DNA of 64,000 bases, taken from the NCBI GenBank assembly GCA_963725255.1, contig CAVRXV010000012.1, forward strand, positions 14,301 to 78,300. The letters run 5' to 3'. A program made the position numbers and the translations under genes. The notes beneath the pieces are model-generated. The model did no database searches, was not told where the DNA came from, and worked only from the letters and a program-made list of their open reading frames with translations. Positions 39,593-49,263 of the stretch are shown in pieces (the stretch's first letter is position 1; every line of letters begins with the position of its first letter). This DNA comes from an uncultured Gammaproteobacteria bacterium. Lineage in GTDB: Bacteria; Pseudomonadota; Gammaproteobacteria; JAIEPX01.

Positions 39593-40489
39593 TTACGCAA
39601 TTTGAAATTGCACGAAGATTGCGCTAGCCATGATTAGAAAACCGCCGATAAATTGCAACATGGTGACGGATTCATTGAGTAAAATAATTCCAACAATCAC
39701 CGTGACGAGCGGTTCTAATACTGAAATTATCGAAGCCCTTGTTGCGCTCATATGTTGTAATCCAGTCATCATTAATTGAATAGGTAAGGCCGTTACTAAA
39801 ATACCCAGTGCAAGCAGTGATGCCCATGCCCCGCCACTTTGTGGAAGTATGAAGCTATTTGTTGTCAGCGATAAAATTAAAAATAAGGACGCGCTTCCAA
39901 AGCATACAATCATCGTGAGTAAGTTTGAATTTATATCAGCGGTGGCGAATTTTTTGCTGCCAATAATGTATAGTGCATAACTTAGAGCAGCCAGAATTCC
40001 CATGAATAATCCATTCAGACTCAGTGTGTGACCGGAAAAATCGTGCAGTAAAATTAATCCAACAAACATGAGCAAGAGTGTCAAAAAAGTTAGAATGCTC
40101 ATTTTATGTCGGTGTACAATCCAAGAATATAAGGCGATTGCAATGGGATAAGAAAAGAATATGACCATGGCAAGTCCAGTTCCAATTGATTGACTGGAAA
40201 CGAAATAAAATCCGCTCGATCCAGAGTAGCCTGCTGCACTGAGTAAAAACATAATAATTATGATTTTAGGATCGAAAGAAATATTTTCACGGCGGACAAT
40301 ATCTTTGGTGACGAAAATCATCATCCACAGGCCGGCAATTAAAAATCGCCAAAAAAGCATACATGAGATAGACATATTGTCGTTGATGATGTAAGTGCCG
40401 AGATACCCCATAAATCCGTATAATGCAGCCGATAGTGCAATCATAAGCCAGGCATGTGTCTTTGTTATTGAATTGAGTTTTTGAGCCAT
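39593..40489 (-). CDS. EamA/DMT-family transporter
   Basis: 10-TM-like 298-aa protein with two EamA-like halves. Confidence 0.7.
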   Translation of the reverse strand: MAQKLNSITKTHAWLMIALSAALYGFMGYLGTYIINDNMSISCMLFWRFLIAGLWMMIFVTKDIVRRENISFDPKIIIIMFLLSAAGYSGSSGFYFVSSQSIGTGLAMVIFFSYPIAIALYSWIVHRHKMSILTFLTLLLMFVGLILLHDFSGHTLSLNGLFMGILAALSYALYIIGSKKFATADINSNLLTMIVCFGSASLFLILSLTTNSFILPQSGGAWASLLALGILVTALPIQLMMTGLQHMSATRASIISVLEPLVTVIVGIILLNESVTMLQFIGGFLIMASAIFVQFQIA

Positions 40490-40588
40490 TATCGCTACCT
40501 AAAGAGTGTAAAATTTGTGATTCTTGGGCATTATACACCATCAGAAGGCTTTTTAACATAGATTTTAGTGAATTACATGCTGACTGAC

Positions 40589-42460
40589 CTATATTGATAC
40601 TTGTCGCCCAATTTCGACGACTTGATCGCTGGGTAAGCAGAAATAATCTTTCAGATGAGCTTGGTTTCGTTCAAGTATATCGTATACTTCTTCTTGCCAC
40701 GGCGGTAACCCTTTTCCATCAGTTCGATTCATAATTGAGTCACGTCCAACATAATATGTCACATCATCAGTATTAATTTTATATCCTAATACTTCACAAT
40801 CTTTTAATAATGCAGGAATGTCTGGACTTTCCATGAATCCATATCGCACTTCAGCGCGCCAACAATTTTTTGAAATTTCTTTGATTGAAATTCGGTCGGA
40901 AGATTTTACCCATGGAATTTGTAATATTTTGGTATGTAAAATAAAAACTTCTTCATGGAGAGAGCGATTTTGTCTAAGATGCCATACCATCACAGGTGGT
41001 GTGTCTTTTATTGATCGTGTTAAAAAGACTGCCATACCCGGAACTCGAGGGACATGTCTGGCTTCAAGCGATGATAGAAAATCAGGTATTGGTATCAGTT
41101 TCTGTTGTAATTGTTCTGAAACAGCGCGAGCACCTCGGTGCCAAATCCACATAATTGAGTAAACAAAAATGGCTATCATTAAAGGGATATAACCACCCTC
41201 TTTAATTTTTGCAAGATTGGCAATACAGAATGCACTGTCAATCGTGAAGAAAATAAATGTGATACCGCCTGCAATAAATAAATTCCATTTCCAAATATCG
41301 CGCATTGCGATGAAAAGAAGGGCAGTGGTCATCAGCATCGTCATAGAGACTGCTATACCATATGCAGAAGCTAAATTTGTTGATTTGCCAAATCCAATGG
41401 TTAATCCGATTGTGAAGAACATCAGTAAAAAGTTAATTGCACCAATATAGATTTGTCCATACCCCATTGATGAAGTATGTTTAATCCACATGCGTGGTAA
41501 CCAGCCTAGTAAAATGGCCTGACGAGTCATTGAAAATGCCCCAGTGATAATGGCTTGGCTTGCAATGATAGTTGCGATAGTGGCAAGAATTACCATGGGA
41601 ATTAATAACGACTCTGGGCAAAGGCTATAAAAAATATTGCTTTCAGTTGAAGCACCGTCAAGCACGGTTCCCGCTTGTCCAGCATAGTTCAAAATTAAAC
41701 TGGGAAATACGATTGAAAACCAAGCATATTTAATCGGTGTTCTTCCAAAATGTCCCATGTCTGCATATAAGGCTTCTGCACCCGTGACGCAGAGAAAAAC
41801 ACCACCGAGTAAAAAAAATCCAGAAAGCCCATTACTCAGAAGATAACTGAATGCATAATATGGATTCAGTGCAGTAATCACACTGGGATGTTGTAAAATT
41901 CCACGAATTCCAAGGACCGCGATGATGATAAACCAAATTAACATTACAGGACCAAACAGTTTTCCGATTCGTGCAGTGCCTTTAGATTGAATTAAAAAAA
42001 GCAGTACTAAAATTAATACCGATGCGGGAACAATGTACGGTTTGAAACTTGTGGTTACCATATTCAAACCTTCCAGCGCAGAAAGAACAGAAATAGCGGG
42101 AGTAATTGCGCCGTCACCGTAAATTAATGCGGCACCAAAAAGTCCCACTGCAATGATGGCAGGACGTTGTATTTTTTTCGTACCTAATAATGACAAGAGC
42201 GCCATAATTCCGCCTTCACCATCATTGTCGAATCGCAGCGCAAATAAAACATATTTAATGGTAGTGATTACGAATAATGTCCAGATTATTAAAGATAGAG
42301 TTCCCAAAATGGTACTGGAATCTGGAGAATGAGAAGTTCTACTTAATATTGTTTGAAAGGTATAAAGAGGACTGGTTCCAATATCCCCAAACACTATGCC
42401 CAGCGCCGCAAGGCTTAGAAAAGGTACATTTTCACTTGACGCTTTTTCACTCGGTCGCAT
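40589..42460 (-). CDS. kup: KUP-family potassium transporter
   Basis: GIVFGDIGTSPLYTF, EALYADMGHFG. Start moved to ATG 42460. Confidence 0.9.
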   Translation of the reverse strand: MRPSEKASSENVPFLSLAALGIVFGDIGTSPLYTFQTILSRTSHSPDSSTILGTLSLIIWTLFVITTIKYVLFALRFDNDGEGGIMALLSLLGTKKIQRPAIIAVGLFGAALIYGDGAITPAISVLSALEGLNMVTTSFKPYIVPASVLILVLLFLIQSKGTARIGKLFGPVMLIWFIIIAVLGIRGILQHPSVITALNPYYAFSYLLSNGLSGFFLLGGVFLCVTGAEALYADMGHFGRTPIKYAWFSIVFPSLILNYAGQAGTVLDGASTESNIFYSLCPESLLIPMVILATIATIIASQAIITGAFSMTRQAILLGWLPRMWIKHTSSMGYGQIYIGAINFLLMFFTIGLTIGFGKSTNLASAYGIAVSMTMLMTTALLFIAMRDIWKWNLFIAGGITFIFFTIDSAFCIANLAKIKEGGYIPLMIAIFVYSIMWIWHRGARAVSEQLQQKLIPIPDFLSSLEARHVPRVPGMAVFLTRSIKDTPPVMVWHLRQNRSLHEEVFILHTKILQIPWVKSSDRISIKEISKNCWRAEVRYGFMESPDIPALLKDCEVLGYKINTDDVTYYVGRDSIMNRTDGKGLPPWQEEVYDILERNQAHLKDYFCLPSDQVVEIGRQVSI

Positions 42461-42529
42461 TGTTACATCCATGTAAAAGATCTATCCTGAGATTATAGCC
42501 TATTATAAGCTTTCGGTATTATAAAGGTG

Positions 42530-44020
42530 TTAATCAGTAGAAATTTTATTAATCGCTTTTTGCCAACCTTCATACAGTGAGTCTCGCTGATTTTGAGAGA
42601 GTGCAGGTTCAAACCGACGGTCTAAAGTCCAAATATCGGTGAGTGAAGAAAGATTTTTGAATACTCCGGTTGATAATCCAGCAAGATAAGCAACGCCCAT
42701 GGCAGTGGTTTCTGTGAACTTTGGCCTCTCAACGGTTAATCCAGTAAGGTCGGCTAAGCGTTGACAAAACCAGTTGTTTTTTACCATGCCACCGTCGACT
42801 TTTATTCGTCGTGGATGTCCTAAGTTGGCATCATGCATGTCTCGCGCTATTGCGTTGAGTAAATCTCGCGTTTGAAAGCAAACGGAATCGAGTGCCGCTT
42901 TGGCAATTTCGGCTGTGCCTGTATCACGAGTGAGTCCTAAAATAGCGCCGCGCGCATTCGGGTCCCAATAGGGTGCGCCTAATCCTGTAAAGGCAGGAAC
43001 AAAATACAGTCCTTCAATGGGCTTTGCTGTGGTTGCTAAAGCTTCAATTTCAGAGGCGGTATGAATAAGTCCTAATGCATCACGCAACCATTGAACGACT
43101 GCACCAGCAATAAAAATACTGCCTTCAATCGCGTAGGTTTTCTGATTGTTAATACTATACGCGCAGGTTGATAATAATTTATTTTTTGAAGTTGAGATTG
43201 AAGAACCTGTGTTCACTAACATAAAACATCCTGTACCATAGGTAGATTTTACATCTCCCGCATTGAAACACGTTTGTCCGAATAAAGCAGATTGTTGATC
43301 TCCTGCAACGCCTCGAATAGGAATAGATTCACCAAAATAACTCGGAAGTGTTTCTCCAAAATTATCAGCGCTTTCACGAATTTCAGGAAGACATTGTGCT
43401 GGAATGTTAAATAATTTTAGGAGCGATTCACTCCATTTTAGAGAATGTAAATTCATTAACATTGTTCGTGAAGCATTCGTAACATCTGTCGCATGAATTT
43501 TTCCACCCGTTAATTTACAAATTAAATAAGAATCTATAGTCCCTGATGCAAGCTCTCCTTTTTCTGCACGTGCACGTGATCCCGGAATATGATCGAACAA
43601 CCATTCTGCTTTTGTCGCAGAAAAATACGGATCTAATAATAATCCCGTTTCATTAGAAATGATTTTTTCGTAACCCGCTTCTTTAAGTTCGCGGCATCGA
43701 TCGGCAGTACGACGATCTTGCCAAACAATGGCGTTATGTAAGGGTGTTCCTGTGTGACGATCCCAAAGAACAGTTGTTTCGCGTTGATTCGTAATTCCAA
43801 TAGCAGCGATCTGGTTTGCAGGAATGAGTTTTGTCATTGCTTGGCCACATTTTAATGTGGCCTCCCAAATTTCGTTGGGATCGTGTTCGACCCATCCATT
43901 AGCAGGATAAATTTGTTTTAGTTCAATTTCATGTCTAGCAATTGGAATTCCATGGGAATCAAAGAGTATGGCGCGCGTTGATGTGGTGCCTTGATCAATT
44001 GATAAGATGTATTTGCCCAT
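42530..44020 (-). CDS. glpK: glycerol kinase
   Basis: YILSIDQGTTSTRAILFD, GITNQRETT, GDQQSALFGQ. Confidence 0.95.
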   Translation of the reverse strand: MGKYILSIDQGTTSTRAILFDSHGIPIARHEIELKQIYPANGWVEHDPNEIWEATLKCGQAMTKLIPANQIAAIGITNQRETTVLWDRHTGTPLHNAIVWQDRRTADRCRELKEAGYEKIISNETGLLLDPYFSATKAEWLFDHIPGSRARAEKGELASGTIDSYLICKLTGGKIHATDVTNASRTMLMNLHSLKWSESLLKLFNIPAQCLPEIRESADNFGETLPSYFGESIPIRGVAGDQQSALFGQTCFNAGDVKSTYGTGCFMLVNTGSSISTSKNKLLSTCAYSINNQKTYAIEGSIFIAGAVVQWLRDALGLIHTASEIEALATTAKPIEGLYFVPAFTGLGAPYWDPNARGAILGLTRDTGTAEIAKAALDSVCFQTRDLLNAIARDMHDANLGHPRRIKVDGGMVKNNWFCQRLADLTGLTVERPKFTETTAMGVAYLAGLSTGVFKNLSSLTDIWTLDRRFEPALSQNQRDSLYEGWQKAINKISTD

Positions 44021-44044
44021 CTTATGGTTCCTAATTTAACTACA

Positions 44045-44419
44045 CTATCTCAATATTCCATCTCGTTGGATTACATTGCAAAACGGAACATTAGTAATTC
44101 CACATTGTAGTTTGAATTTTTCATTTTCACTTACAAAGACAGCTTCTTTGCGTCCTTTGAGTAATTGTTTTGCGAGATCACCGGAAAATCCAGAACGAGA
44201 AGCTGTTATTTCGCAGGATTGCTTTCCACATCGTATGCTGAACTCAGCGTTGGAAATAGAAGCTTCGCCAAATACTTTTTTAAATCCTTCTGCATCAGCG
44301 CCATTAATAATAGTAATTTTTTTAATGCTCACAATGGTGTGAGTGTCGGCGAGACATGAAATGCTGAAAAGACTTAGTGAAGCCAGTGTAAGAATCTGAA
44401 AAGATTTAATCAATTGCAT
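44045..44419 (-). CDS. small secreted Cys-containing protein, unknown function
   Basis: Signal peptide MQLIKSFQILTLASLSLFSISCLA; six Cys in the mature part. Sits 24 nt downstream of glpK. Confidence 0.5.
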   Translation of the reverse strand: MQLIKSFQILTLASLSLFSISCLADTHTIVSIKKITIINGADAEGFKKVFGEASISNAEFSIRCGKQSCEITASRSGFSGDLAKQLLKGRKEAVFVSENEKFKLQCGITNVPFCNVIQRDGILR

Positions 44420-44589
44420 TAGAACCCCCTAATTTGAATACAGTCTTAATTGTACTCTTCGGCAATTAACTAGACAAGTGACCATCTTAACCTTTAAGAT
44501 GAGAATGATTATTATCTCGCTCAAGCTTATAGCCCGATTGGGCCTTTATTGGTTCATTTACAGCAAAGTTGATTACTTTGAGAGTATTA

Positions 44590-45084
44590 ATGAGTATTAA
44601 CGATTTGAAAGAAAATGATTCTAGAGTCTGTCCCTGTGGCTCGGGAAAATCATACGGATCTTGTTGTGGGATATTTCATCATGGTTTGAAATTTCCACAA
44701 AACGCTGAAGAATTAATGCGATCCAGGTATTCTGCTTATGCGTTGAATAATTTAACCTATATAAAAAATACAATGCAGGGAAAAGCGGCGCAAGGATTTT
44801 TAGAAAAAGAATCCGATACGCAACAAAAATCACATCAATTGTTAGGTCTTGAAGTACTGCGACATATTAAGGATAAAAAAAATCCTAATCATGCTTTTGT
44901 TGAATTTAGAGCACTGCATCAATATCAAGAAAAATGTTCAGTTATCCAAGAACTCAGTGAATTTTTAAAGATCGACGGGAAATGGTTTTATGTTGATGGT
45001 AAAGTAGAGAAAAGTAGTCGAAATGATCCATGCCCTTGCCATAGCGGCAAAAAGTTTAAAAAATGTCATGGTATTAATGAATAA
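44590..45084 (+). CDS. YchJ-like protein with two SEC-C motifs
   Basis: CPCGSGKSYGSCCG at the N-terminus and CPCHSGKKFKKCHG at the C-terminus. Confidence 0.75.
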   Translation: MSINDLKENDSRVCPCGSGKSYGSCCGIFHHGLKFPQNAEELMRSRYSAYALNNLTYIKNTMQGKAAQGFLEKESDTQQKSHQLLGLEVLRHIKDKKNPNHAFVEFRALHQYQEKCSVIQELSEFLKIDGKWFYVDGKVEKSSRNDPCPCHSGKKFKKCHGINE

Positions 45085-45338
45085 TAGCACGTAAAAATGT
45101 TATATATACGCTTTTTCTACCTTGACCTTTCTTGTCTACGCAAGTATTTCGTGAAATTACGATACACTTACGCTGAGTTTTTAGAGTAAACCATCGTTTT
45201 TCATGCTATTTTTGAATATGAGAGAATTAAAAGCCCTATTATTATAATATTATTTGTTCGCTATTGTTTTTCCTACCCGTAATTTTTTCAAGAATTATGC
45301 TATAATAAAATCATGTAGAGATGTATAGGAGTAGTATC

Positions 45339-45845
45339 ATGCTGCGCAAATACATTGTACAGTACAAGTCGACAATTGCTTACTTAGCACTTATAGTGTT
45401 GCTAAGTAAAATGTTTGAAATTAGTCCCAGATTTTCTTTTCTTGAAGAAATATTTTCACCTTTTGATGCTGTAGTTGGCGCTGTCTATTTATTTCGTAAT
45501 TTTTCTCAACGAGAAGTGGGTCACTGGATAGTAGTGCTGATGATATTTGCAGGTTTTCTCAGTCATCTAGTGGCTGATGTTCCGTATGCAAGTACTTTTG
45601 CTTTTCTTGGTGGTGAGTTAGTTGATTTATTTATATTTTCCTATTTAAGATTGCCTTTAGTTGATAGATTATTTTGGGCTGCTACATTAAGTACACCTAT
45701 CGATAGCCTTATTTTTCTTTATATGAATGAAAATCTGAATTGGGTCACGATAAGTTTTATGACGGGCACAAAATTAATCACGATTATTCTTATTCTTTTA
45801 GTTTGGGAATACTTTTACGGTGAAAAAGTAAAAGCAACTAATTAA
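45339..45845 (+). CDS. polytopic membrane protein, possibly VUT/YhhQ-type (queuosine-precursor) transporter family
   Basis: ATG 45339 lies 8 nt after AGGAG. About 5 TM helices. The family guess is weak (pattern FRNFSQREVG). Confidence 0.4.
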   Translation: MLRKYIVQYKSTIAYLALIVLLSKMFEISPRFSFLEEIFSPFDAVVGAVYLFRNFSQREVGHWIVVLMIFAGFLSHLVADVPYASTFAFLGGELVDLFIFSYLRLPLVDRLFWAATLSTPIDSLIFLYMNENLNWVTISFMTGTKLITIILILLVWEYFYGEKVKATN

Positions 45846-45863
45846 ATGACACAGTTTATTATT

Positions 45864-46325
45864 CTATTTTTTGTGTTGAATTCCGGCCCATGTATCAAGA
45901 GGTTTTCCAGTTTCTAAAAGCGTCTTCATGCTTGAGAGAACACGTGGCCACCCTGCAGAAATACTGCGATACATATCAGAATTTTCTTCCATTTGATTAT
46001 GAGAGACTGTCACGCGAGACATTGATTCTATAGGCTCAATTTCAATGTTAACTTGGGTGTGTTTAGATATGTCATTGATATCTTGAGGTAACATCCATGA
46101 TAGAACCAATTGTTTAGATGGGGTTACTTCAATAATTTTTCCAACAACTACAACTTTGTCAGAGCCATCAGCACGTCGATGTTCCCAGCTCGATCCTTTT
46201 TTCCAGTCAGAAATATTTTCATGTCCCCAGTATTGACGAGTGATTTCTGGATTTACAATCGCATTCCATATTTTTTCTGGTGAAGTGGCAATATAAACAT
46301 CATAGACAAATTTTGCTTTAGCCAT
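45864..46325 (-). CDS. SRPBCC/AHSA1 (Aha1-domain) protein
   Basis: Typical AHSA1 N-terminus (...YIATSPEKIWNAIVNPEITRQYW...) and size (153 aa). Confidence 0.7.
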   Translation of the reverse strand: MAKAKFVYDVYIATSPEKIWNAIVNPEITRQYWGHENISDWKKGSSWEHRRADGSDKVVVVGKIIEVTPSKQLVLSWMLPQDINDISKHTQVNIEIEPIESMSRVTVSHNQMEENSDMYRSISAGWPRVLSSMKTLLETGKPLDTWAGIQHKK

Positions 46326-46429
46326 TCCTTATCTCCTATTAAAACAAAATAAAACTTCATTGCAATATCCAGGTTAAGTTAATTTTATCTGACCAGGGTA
46401 TTAGCCTAACCTAGTTTAAGATGTTAGCT

Positions 46430-46481
46430 TGTTCATTCATAATGAACATTATTGCATGATATTGTTCACTGTCAATGAACA
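46430..46481. promoter_or_regulatory. two 19-bp palindromic operators (TGTTCATT-N3-AATGAACA) covering the -35 and -10/+1 of the minus-strand promoter
   Basis: 46430-46448 is a perfect 8-3-8 palindrome, and 46463-46481 has one mismatch. On the minus strand, TTGACA (46470-46475), 16-nt spacer, AATAAT (46448-46453). Confidence 0.6.
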
Positions 46482-46565
46482 TTGTTAAAGGATCGGTAGT
46501 TATTGAGTCAGTAGGGCCATCATCTTAGATGCGCTAGCAACTTCTAGTAGCATTTTCGTATTGTA

Positions 46566-46593
46566 TTGACAATTGCTAGTTAATGCGTATAAT
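46566..46593 (+). promoter_or_regulatory. consensus sigma70 promoter for ORF 46619
   Basis: TTGACA (46566-46571), 16-nt spacer, TATAAT (46588-46593). Confidence 0.7.
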
Positions 46594-46618
46594 AATCACC
46601 TTAATTAGGTAAAAAACA

Positions 46619-48667
46619 ATGAAATTAAGCAAAGAATCTTCTGAACATATAAAACCTCAGCTAGAAGGGGGCGATACTATAACAGCCGGAAATCGGGTTA
46701 GTATTGAAGGCTATCTGAAAATTGCTTTGGGTGATTTAGAAGAAGACTATGATAAGGCTCAAAGAATACAAGCGCTTGCCTTTATTCTAATGCCAAAAAA
46801 ATTCTCTCTTAACGATGATAAGAAAGACTTTCTCGATGAAGTAAATGCTATCAAAGAAAATTATCACAATCCTGCAGATCTGATCGTTTTTTTAAGAAAG
46901 CGACAAAGGTATACAGGAGATGATCAGCAGCTTCGGGAAGAAATTCGTTCAATACAAAGTCATATTTTAATTCAAGAATTAAAAAAAATGGATCCAGATC
47001 ATCCACTTTTACAAGAGTTTGATCAGGCACAATTTGCTGTAAAACAAAAGAATCATGAATCATCCACTGTTTCAGTGCTAAAAGATTCAGAAAAAAAATC
47101 TGAGGACGAATCAACGACGCAGTTTGAAATTTCTACTGAAACAGTCTCTACAGATGATATTCGTAAACGAGAGCATGGTTTTTTACACGAAGTCGAAGAG
47201 TTTATGCCCGTCATTTGGTTGCAGTATCCAATCGGCTCACCTAGAATGCTTTATATCTATCTTAAAATGGTTAAAATATTTAGACAATTTAACTTGCCAA
47301 GTTATAAAATTCTGGGTCAGGAATATAATGAGATAAGTGGAATACGGGGAAAATTCGATAATCTCTTTATCTATCTGACACCCGATATATCCCTTGAGCA
47401 AGTCTTGCAATTAATGGCGGTATTGGGGGAGCCGAAAACAAAGAGAGATGAAGTATTTTTACATAATATTGACTTCGACTTTCGATGGTATCATTTTAAA
47501 GAGATGGGTAGTTATCAGCAGAATATTGATGCGGCCTTATCAAAAGTCCAAGAGTTAAAGAGACACAAATTGTCTCTAAGCTATCCTTATTTATTCGCAA
47601 TGAATTCTTTGTTGAGGCATGATTTAAAATTCTGGAAAGATAGTGATGTAGATTTAGCAAGAAATCTTATTACTGACTTTGATCGCGAAGAAATGAATCA
47701 GAGAGAGGATGTACGTGGTAGTTTAAGATTGCCTTCTGCTGAGTTAGAATTGTGTATTGCAAAATATTATGATAACAAAAATAGATTGAGAGAGGCGTGT
47801 GAATATTATTATAGAGCAAAATTAAGATTGGTCGATAATGTGAAAGTACATATAGATGGTTTTAATTCTGATCCCTTTGATAGAGTCGGCTTTTTTCATA
47901 GCGTTTCCTTGCCTATGTCTGCAAAACGTTTAACCGCTCTGATAAGATGTCTAGATAGTTTGATCATTGTAGAGCTCAGATTAGGTGAGTCGGTCGTTAC
48001 AATTAATGACCACATTCGTTCATTGAATAGCTATATTGATAAACTGCAGCTGATTGAACCCTTAACCGTGTTGACCATTTCAAAACGAGAAGAAACCCCA
48101 ATATTGACTACGTCTCCAGAAAAATCTAAAGAGATCTTAAAGGATGTCAACCCCATGCAACAATTTCCAAAATCTGCTTTTTTCACTAAACAAATTCAAG
48201 ATGGTTTTCAGTTTAATCTAACTGCCTTCTTAAAACTGACCAATTTTGCGAATTCTAAAATTAAACATATTAAAAAACACCTAGTTTCAGGAGTTGAAAT
48301 TTATTTAGAAAATCTGGAGGATAGTAATCTTCTATATGATATTCTTTTAAAGATAATGGCTGATGGTGATGAACGGAAATATGGTGGGCACTTGTCTCAT
48401 GATAAATCTGAATGTTGTATAGAAATTACATTTAGGGCGTATAATGCTTTCAAAAAATGCCTTGAGATTGTTGATCAAATTTCGGTTGAGCCTATCAATG
48501 AAACTCAACTGAGCTCTGAATTTATTTCACCTGAAACTTTACGAAGGATACTTCAAGCATTGACTGTTCACAAAACACCGGGCCAGTTAATGACTTGCAC
48601 ATCGGATGATGATATATATGGAAAAAATATTAGTTCATCAGATGAATCTTCATTTGAAGTCAATTAG
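46619..48667 (+). CDS. 682-aa orphan protein (candidate effector)
   Basis: Uninterrupted ORF behind a consensus promoter. No recognisable motif. Acidic/Ser-rich tail ...NISSSDESSFEVN. Confidence 0.65.
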   Translation: MKLSKESSEHIKPQLEGGDTITAGNRVSIEGYLKIALGDLEEDYDKAQRIQALAFILMPKKFSLNDDKKDFLDEVNAIKENYHNPADLIVFLRKRQRYTGDDQQLREEIRSIQSHILIQELKKMDPDHPLLQEFDQAQFAVKQKNHESSTVSVLKDSEKKSEDESTTQFEISTETVSTDDIRKREHGFLHEVEEFMPVIWLQYPIGSPRMLYIYLKMVKIFRQFNLPSYKILGQEYNEISGIRGKFDNLFIYLTPDISLEQVLQLMAVLGEPKTKRDEVFLHNIDFDFRWYHFKEMGSYQQNIDAALSKVQELKRHKLSLSYPYLFAMNSLLRHDLKFWKDSDVDLARNLITDFDREEMNQREDVRGSLRLPSAELELCIAKYYDNKNRLREACEYYYRAKLRLVDNVKVHIDGFNSDPFDRVGFFHSVSLPMSAKRLTALIRCLDSLIIVELRLGESVVTINDHIRSLNSYIDKLQLIEPLTVLTISKREETPILTTSPEKSKEILKDVNPMQQFPKSAFFTKQIQDGFQFNLTAFLKLTNFANSKIKHIKKHLVSGVEIYLENLEDSNLLYDILLKIMADGDERKYGGHLSHDKSECCIEITFRAYNAFKKCLEIVDQISVEPINETQLSSEFISPETLRRILQALTVHKTPGQLMTCTSDDDIYGKNISSSDESSFEVN

Positions 48668-48707
48668 TATTCTCATTAATGAATTGAATAGGAAGGGAGT
48701 GTATAGA

Positions 48708-49046
48708 ATGGCTGAAATTACTTATGACGAATTCGAACGTGTTGAATTACGTTCTGGTACGATTGTTAAAGTTGAAGAGTTTCCTCGTGCAAAGAAACCT
48801 GCATACAAAGTATGGGCAGACTTTGGCCCAGAAATAGGCGTTTTGCAAACCTCTGCACAAGTGACGGCTCACTACACACCTGAAAAATTAATGGGGCGAC
48901 AGATTGTGGGTTGCGTTAATTTAGGTGAAAAAAATATCGCCGGATTTGTTTCACAGTTTCTACTTGTCGGATTTTCAGATGAAAACGGTGGTATTTGTTT
49001 AGCAACCGTTGATCCTAAAGTGAGCAATGGAAAAAAATTACACTGA
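48708..49046 (+). CDS. csaA: tRNA-binding (CsaA-like) protein
   Basis: FERVELRSGTIVKVEEFPRAKKPAYKVWADFG...VGCVNL. ATG 48708 after AGGAAGGGAG. Confidence 0.8.
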   Translation: MAEITYDEFERVELRSGTIVKVEEFPRAKKPAYKVWADFGPEIGVLQTSAQVTAHYTPEKLMGRQIVGCVNLGEKNIAGFVSQFLLVGFSDENGGICLATVDPKVSNGKKLH

Positions 49047-49263
49047 CTTTGGTCAATCAATGTCCTGTATTCATAGCTGCCTATTTTAAAACCCCTCATT
49101 GAGAAGGGAAAATCTTCTAACAGCTTGAATGCAAATGATTTCTCTCAGCTGGGAACTGGTGTTGCACTGATAAACTTATTGGTCTTGAGGTCAAATCATG
49201 CTATAATAATACGAATGAAACCAATATTAGTTATGAATTTTCGAATAAAATGATGAGTATTTA

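Noticed and set aside
45085-45338. Possible preQ1 or other riboswitch in the 250-bp region upstream of the YhhQ/VUT-like transporter gene
   Set aside because: I could not find the preQ1-I consensus (short P1 stem plus the CCCUC...AAAAAACUA tail) or any convincing conserved fold. Only weak 4-bp hairpins are present.
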